DNA of 64,000 nt from the NCBI GenBank assembly GCA_050084515.1, contig CM114271.1:43648001-43712000 (forward strand), in the 5' to 3' direction. The translations under genes and the position numbers were made by a program. The stretch is from Blasia pusilla. Lineage: Eukaryota. The notes beneath the pieces are model-generated. The model worked only from the letters and a program-made list of their open reading frames with translations. It was not told the DNA's origin and did not search any database. Positions 56,555 through 64,000 of the stretch are shown one piece after another; position 1 is the stretch's first letter, and the number at the start of each line of letters is the position of its first letter.

Positions 56555-58039
56555 GATCACTTAAGTCCAATGAGGTTGGGTTTAGGGATAACCCTAAACT
56601 TAAAAATAGATTTGACACAATTACTAATGGTTGATGGAATGTAAATGGATGATGTGGAGAGTTTTAGCTTAATATATCAAAGTCCATTCATATGCTTGTT
56701 AGAAAGAAATAGACATGCATTGTTGATAGTAATGATAAAGAGATCTAGAAGACTACAAAAAGGACAAGTTAACTAATCTGAACGTAATGATAAGTGAATG
56801 TTTTGAGGAAATATTCAATGATATTCGTAAGTGGCTACATAATTATGCTATGAAAGGACTAAAATCATTAATTTTATATCTCAACATATAACTTAATTCT
56901 TTGTGATTCTTGGGGTTGCATCAATTAAAAATCTTTTTTTTTGCTAGACTAAAAAAATATTTCTAAATGTGTATGAATGGCTTCCATTCCATGTTCAAAC
57001 AAGAATAAATTGACTTGGCTCTAACCTAGAATTACTTGATAAAGGGAGATTTCTTGTATTATTGAGGGTAGAATATATAAGTGCTCTTCTCTTATATATT
57101 ACATACATTCTATTATGCTGTGTAGATTTGATTTCTTCTTTAATCATAGCATGTATACCCATTCCTTCATATCCATCATCTTCATACGCACATTAAGGAA
57201 TATGGATATGCTCTTCATAAATATGCTCCATATGGATACAATTAGATATAATTAGAAGAGAAGGGTTAGGAACTCCAAGACTTAGCCATAATGTTGTTAA
57301 GAATCTATCGTGGGAAGAAAATTGGTAGAATACAAGGATTTATGACGATATAAGAGCCCTCTCTCAAACTTACACGTGAAGGTAGACAAGATCAGTAATT
57401 GTATCTGTAGAGAGAATGCTAAAAATAAAATTTCCCCTCTAACATGTCATAAAAATGCTTGAATAATGTTTGAACAAACAAATCGATATGAGAACTTAGA
57501 GAACAAATTTCTCAAAAGAATTCCTAAATTTGTGGGTATTGGCTCCAAGAATCAAGGGCTCATATGCACTACAAGGGACTGAGGATTCCTTGAGGCTTGA
57601 GTGAATTTTTTTTCCTTTCTAAGGATGGCTAATTTTTTAGTCCATTGTTACTTCCTATTTGTAAGTCCATTTGGTGCGACTCGATTGTGAGTCATTTTTT
57701 GTTTACAAGTCTGGACAACCATTTTGCCATTGCGATTTGTATCGCGTTTGCAACTGACTAGCAATTTATGGCTTCATTTATGTCTACAAGGGGCTCGCAT
57801 TGGAGTCTCAAGAGACTCAAAACTTGCAAGTCTCAGAACTTGTAAACCAACATTTGCGAGTACTTACACCAAATTCTTGGCCATAATTTCACCTTTTGCC
57901 TCCAAATTGCTCCATTTTCAATTTTTACTTGTAACTTTCTAAGACTTCACTCTTCACTTTGCAACTAATTCTCTTCATAGCGTAGATAAGTCTTGAAATT
58001 TTTTGGGGGGGATTTTTTTTATGTTGAGGGTTACTAAGA

Positions 58040-58631
58040 TGTCACATCTTACTCAGCCGATTGGTAGAATTCTATCACATCGATGACATAGAGGGTCAAT
58101 AATATTTATGGGTGTAACTTCGTCTTAAGATGTCGGATGAGGTTAGCGATAGGTCCATTGTGTCGGGAATATCGTTTTGGGCGATGTCCCTTCTTTGCAA
58201 TTCCTAGCAAAGTGACCTGTTGATTGAGTCAATGCTCACTCGATAACATGTGCATGAAGGCTATTTTTTGGAGGATATTTTTGGGGGAAGAACCTTTTGG
58301 CTCTTCCCAAGGCTATAAGAGAGGGAGAAATGGCTTTCCGAAGCCATCTTCCTTATGTTGGGCCTAAGGAGCACCTCTTTTGCTTTGTGTGTAGTAGGAA
58401 CTAGGGTCCTAGCGTCAGATTCCCTCATTGCGGAGGATGGATGTGGCTCGACATGCCGATATAGATTCTATAGTGGAGTTGGCCGTGTGAGCCATTTTTA
58501 ATTTGATTTTGTTATGTGGTCTTGATGTATATGTGTGAGTATATTTTGGTTATGAGTGCATTAACCAGTGTGTTGGGACGATCGGTGTTGTGTGATGTAG
58601 ATGTAACCAACAATGTGAATTGTGTACGAAA
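58040..58631 (+). mobile_element. Solo LTR (third family)
   Basis: Starts TGTCACATC, ends ...TACGAAA, flanked by AAGA on both sides; homologous to the split copy at 54716-56554. Confidence 0.7.
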
Positions 58632-60348
58632 AAGATGAGTGAAATTCATTGTATCAATTTTTTCTTTCTAAAATTCTTGAAGTGAAGGAGGAACAAAAAA
58701 TTGGAAGGAGCCAAATACCCCTTGAAATATGTGTTATAGACCCAAAAAAGGGCCAAGCGTAATAAAAGAGTACAAAAAACAACTTGATTGCGAGTGCAAA
58801 AAACCACTACCTTGTGGGTCCACAATGACTACTTAGACTTCCAAGTTTGTGACAAATTTTCTATTCAAATTTTGCAACTATAGAAACTTACAAGTTAGAT
58901 GCTTTTCACAAGCAAGCTACGAGTTTCTTGTGGTTATCTTGCGAGTCGTTGAGATTTTCTCATGAGTGTAATAAAATGGAACTTTAGAGTTGCAAAATGT
59001 ATGTCCAATTCTTTATTGTGTGAGTCCTTATCATCATCATCATACTATGAAATTAGTATGATGATGATGATGATGGGTGCCTGATATGCATAGAAAGAAC
59101 ACACGAATGGAATAAGATTCCTCAATTGCCATTCAAAATTACGTAATATAGACTTGAGTTTCCAAATTGAGTCTATAATTTTTTTTCTTGTACAATGCCC
59201 TAGTCAAATGGATGGAAATGAAAAGACCCCGTGAAAGGATTAGATATTCTTGGCAGGATATTCTTGATGAAAGAAATTTGACTTGGAAATGTTTTTGGTT
59301 AGATATTTTTGGCAAGACCAAAAAATGAATAGCTATAATGTGAAGCCATTGGACACACGTTGAATTTCTAGACATTCAAGTGAAAAAAAACGATGTTAAA
59401 CAGTAAAAATGGATTTCCTATTGAATATTAATGACAATGAAATTCTAAATATTTACACATTTAAATATTTTCAAATATGGAAAAGTAATAATAAGAGGGA
59501 GAACTTCGGAATATTATGTGAAGATCTTTAATGATTGAGGTAAAAGCAAATGCCTCTTTCCCAACCCCCATCTCACCCTCTACACATAAAATCGACTAAG
59601 GCTTTGAAGAAAAAAAATTGCACCATTATTCTCCTATTTCCTTAATTTGATACAAAAAATCAAAATAAAATAATCATTCATAAAATTATTTTAACTTAGC
59701 ATAAGATAAAATTAAGAGGATATTAAAATTATAAATAGACTTAACTTGGTGTTCATATAAATAGACTACAAGTAATAGCACAATCATGGTTTAGTAGGTT
59801 TTGGATTTTTAATATGTAAAAGACTTCATTTTCTAATAAGGAAAGTCAAAAATTTATACAACTAGTTCGTGCTCCGCAAAGGTGAATGAAAATGAATTCG
59901 AATTTCAAAAGATGTTAGAAGGGAAAACGACACAAGTCAATCTATTAGAGGTCAAAAAAGATAGGTGTCAATAAGAGGGATGACATCTCACATAAAAGCT
60001 CTTCCATAATAATATAGATTTCATAATTTGAGATGAAAAAAACTTTAGAAAACTAAAAGAATAAATTGAGATAAATTTTCAAAAAAAACCCAACCCCTCC
60101 CTAAAATAACTCAACTCATCTTATTTTTAAAATATGAAAAAAGAAAAATCTAATCCTCGGAGGACTATTAAATTTAGAAACAAAGAGCACCGTCACTCTC
60201 CTCCCCTCTCCTGTCCCTTTCACCGGTGTCAACCACCCGCCCCCTCCTCCCCTCCCTCAATTTTAATAGAAAATGATGTCTCTTAAAATCGTATTAAAAC
60301 TCCAAAACCTACTAAACCATGCTATTATTTGTAATAGCTCTCTTTTTG

Positions 60349-60467
60349 TGATGCGGTCATACCAGGGCTACTACACCAGATCCCATCAGAACTCTGCAGT
60401 TAAGCGCCCTTGGGCCGGAATAGTACTGGGATGGGTGACCTCCCGGGAAGTCCCGGTGCTGCATCCA
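60349..60467 (+). rRNA. 5S rRNA, single copy
   Basis: 119 nt (T)GATGCGGTCATACCAGGGCTACTACACCAGATCCCATCAGAACTC...AGTTAAGCG...AGTACTGGGATGGGTGACCTCCCGGGAAGTCCCGGTGCTGCATCCA with box A and box C; T4 at 60477-60480. Confidence 0.95.
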
Positions 60468-61114
60468 ACCTCTTCCTTTTGAATGCCCCCTTCTTCCTTT
60501 TCTGGTCGTGTTGTGGCCTTCAGGTTTTGACTCTTTGAGTCCCCCTCTTTTGTACTTCCGATGGGTTTTCCATCACTCGTTTTTATCGAAGTGCATCTTT
60601 GCCTTCCTTTTTGAATGAGATTTTATTAGAGGTGGGTAAAGCCTGTAAGGTACACGGACCACCGAGAGGTACGATTTCTCTGAGGCTTACACGTTGCGGT
60701 CAACCCCACAGCCGTACGTACGTATTTTGGAGGATTTGACAGTCTTTTGTAGTCCCCCCACTATTCAACACGGTGTGCTTAGCACTAGAGATCTACGCCT
60801 AGGCACATGTCGCAAAGTGCAGACTAGTATCGCAAGTGTTGTGAATGTTGTTTCCGTGCAGTCTGGGACGCCAGCAGAATTTCACACGACGGCATTCTCC
60901 ACCGGATCAAACAGGTCATTCTTGTTCCAGATGTAGATATTTATTCACGCGGTTTCACTTGTAGGCGCCTGCCCTCTCTATGCGCAAGAGGAATTGGAAG
61001 CGTTGAATCTCGCATGCGACGATCTTGGTGGCGTGCGGATCCGTGGAGGATGATTTGCCGCACTCGACCTGTGTAGAAGCAGCATGTGGATTGCTTAGAA
61101 TTGCACGTCGAGGG

Positions 61115-63194
61115 ATGTCAAACTTGGAGATCGAGGGTGTGGTGTTGGTGGTGGGAGGCTCAGGTTACCTGGGTCTTCATCTGCTGCAATATCTCGCCAC
61201 GAACACCAAGTTTAAGCTCGCCTACACTTTCCACAAAAGCGAGTCGCCCCCTTCGCACGAGTTTCTTAAAGATATTCAAGCGTTTCGAGTGGATCTGCGC
61301 ACAGGTGCAGGTCTGGACAAGATTTCGTCAAGTCTGGGACCAGTAAGTATCCATTGTCCCCGGAAGAGTTGCCCCTCTTGCTCCCAAGATCAGCGTCTAT
61401 TCCCCTTTGTTGATGAAGTACGTTCCTGCTGTCCTGCTGTGTAGAGTCTCGCGATTTGTATTTACGCTCAGACAGGACTTCAAATCTAACTCGAACTGTC
61501 ATGGAAGAAGGGTCGTGTTCTTTCTTGGAGTTGAGAGTCTTGTGAGTCGCGCCTTCCTGTCCTCAACGAGTGTAGTTGACGCTTGTTTGAGAGGCCTTGG
61601 CAAGCTCTCATCCTTTTTCCTATTTTAGTCTTCCTGAATTTCCATCGTTGGATGGACGTCCGTTCATCTTGCGCGTGCATTCAAATTGCTCAACATAGCA
61701 GCTTTGTAAACCATTGTGCTCCCACTCACAGCAGACCGACGAGCTGACTCGAATGGAGTGTTTGGGGTGAAGCCCGCTGCTGTTGTAAACTGTGCAGCGC
61801 TCTCGATCCCTCGAGAATGTGAAGAGGATCCAAAACTGGCTCATTTGGTCAATGTTCCCAGATTTCTCATCAATTGGCTGAAATCGTTTGCTCACAACAA
61901 ACCTCTACTCATCCATCTTTCCACCGATCAAGGTACGTTCAGTTTCTCTTGGTAGTAGACGTGGATTACTTCTTGCTGAACTTCATTCCTTGTCTTCATT
62001 TGCATCTCTTTGAGTGAGAACTTCGCCAATTACCGTTCTATGTCTCATCCACAGTATTCGAGGGCACAAAGTCGTTCTACAAGGAAGAGGATGAAACGAA
62101 GCCTATCAACGCCTACGGTATCTCGAAAGTCGAAGCAGAGCGGCACATTAGAGCCAATTGGCCGAATTATGCCGTACTACGGAGCAGCATCATCTATGGG
62201 CCGCAGCCAATTGTTCCTGTGCAAAAATCGCTTCCTGTACAGGTTTGTCTCGTTTGTGTGGAACCTCTCTACAGCTCCCTCCAAGCTCTGCCTGCCTCTA
62301 GTCCTTCGTTTTCAGACGGACCGGGAAGTTCGTGCCGCTGCCTTGCTCTGCGTACTGAACTTTATGGTGTCCGATTCAGTGGATTGACAGCACTCTCGCG
62401 ACAGGCAAGAAGACAGACTTTTTTGAAGACGAGTTCAGATGCCCGGTCTACGTGGAGGATGTCGTCACGGTGATTTTGTTAGTTATTGCGAACTTAACTA
62501 CAGGTTCAAATTCACTTCCTCAACCTGCATCAGATGACAAGCACCTCTCATGTTATTTCCTCTGTGTACACTTTCCAGGTCATCGTACCGCTTTCTCATT
62601 CTTCTCCTGCATTGCCCGCGTTTTCGCGCCATACTATTGGTGGCCAGAAAATTCACAGTAAGAATTTTTAAGCTCAATTTGGATTTGTTTGGACAAGATT
62701 GAGTAAAGATTGTTATACTTACTTGGATACAGAGGGAGGGTTTGCGCAGCTTGTGCTCAATGTTGGCGGGCCAGAGCGGCTATCCCGAGCTGAGATGGCT
62801 GAGGTGGTAGCTCGAGTAAGAGGATACGACTTGTCATTAATAAATCATGTGAAAGCATCAACGGTACGTACTTCCGTAAATTCCATCTCTGCATATGTAC
62901 TCAGGGATATGGACTGCACATCTGTTATTCAATCTTTGATACACAATCAGTCTTCATCTCCATTTCATCGTGACAACTCATATAGATAAGTATAATCTTC
63001 CTCCGTTAATACTGACGGGGGTGATCACTTTGGATGATCTTCAGGTAAACCGAGGTGTTCACAGCCCACCTGACATATCTATGGATATTTCCAAATTGGT
63101 GTCGTTGTCTAAGATGAATATGACACGGTTTGCCGACGGTGTACGGCGAACTTTGGAAGTTAATAGCCCGGGGGAAAGCGGATTACAAGCATGA
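61115..63194 (+). CDS. RmlD-like / methionine adenosyltransferase 2 beta-like extended SDR protein, about 6 exons
   Basis: VLVVGGSGYLG Rossmann motif, VVNCAALS, LIHLSTDQVFEG, YGISK (YxxxK), LRSSIIYG, DEFRCPVYVEDV, LNVGGPERLSR, SPPDISMD. Exons approximately 61115-61342, 61773-61932, 62055-62242, 62380-62503, 62732-62864, 63045-63194. Confidence 0.9.
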
Positions 63195-64000
63195 GAAATG
63201 CTTTCCTTTCCAAGGTTCACATTTACTCTGATGGGGTTCTGGTACCGTATAACACAGAATTTGTCCTGATATCTACTGTCACATTCACTCTTCTGTTCCT
63301 TTTTATCGTTTTGGGTGGCAGGAAATATGTGGAACTGGTGCATCTGATTTAAATGTTCATATATCTGGATGTTCGTGTAGCAATTTGACCGTCTCCTGTG
63401 TATGGTAAACTATCAAGAGATCTGTTAGTGTTCCGAGTATGGCAATCATAACGTCTATTCGCTGTAAGTTCCAGTTCTTCATTCGAAGTAATGATTTGTG
63501 TTGGGCTACGGAAGTTAAGATCCAAAGTAGAGAAACCCAAAGTATTGAGATTAAATAGAACTTTGCAGAGGTTGTTGGGTAAACTCGTTCCACCCAAGAG
63601 CTCCAAAGCTTGTGCATCGAGCAGTTTACTTTGACAGCGCAAGCTCTCCTCAATTTGTTATGCAAAAACATAATATACATTTTGAAGTTTGTCACATGAG
63701 GAATGACTGCCAAGAAGCTGAGAAAAGCAACGAAACGGTGCTTGGTCCTTCCCTTCAATTCAAAGCAACGAGCTTTTTCCAATCGACCAAAGAGTCGGGT
63801 TCAATGTCTGCGAAGTTCGAGGTCTCGCGCAACTTCTGCCCTCTTATCAAATATTTTTTCTGAAAAGATCTCCGGGGACATAGTATGCGATGGCCTGCCC
63901 TCCTGAGGTGTTTTTGAGATAGTTCTTCTTGAACCAGATTCAGGAAATTCCTTCAGGCCATGAAATCGCCGTTCTGAAGTAATCGTGAATCCACCATCGG

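Noticed and set aside
57567-59030. Possible second CACTA element (CACTACAAG plus GACTC/GAGTC motifs)
   Set aside because: No convincing opposite TIR or target duplication.

Overview
Eukaryotic nuclear DNA from an early-diverging land plant, probably a bryophyte (inferred from the 5S rRNA sequence, intron-rich genes and TTTAGGG repeats). Host genes: 3-isopropylmalate dehydrogenase (minus, 11 exons, 2504-7973), an intronless PAP2 lipid phosphatase (37461-38141), DNA topoisomerase III alpha (minus, 39380-52973), a lone 5S rRNA (60349-60467) and an RmlD/MAT2B-like SDR gene (61115-63194). About 12-35 kb is a nested retrotransposon island. Its main feature is two decayed, head-to-head copies of a Ty3/gypsy LTR family with the composite order gag(2xCCHC)-protease-C5 DNA methyltransferase (DNMT3-like)-RT-RNaseH-integrase-PHD finger. 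The element therefore encodes both a DNA-methylation writer and a histone-reader fold. One copy is interrupted by a Ty1/copia element; the other carries a solo LTR in gag and a telomeric-repeat patch in integrase. Other solo LTRs, a two-LTR non-coding element, a CACTA-like end and a Helitron 3' remnant are also present. All calls were made by eye; no searches were run.
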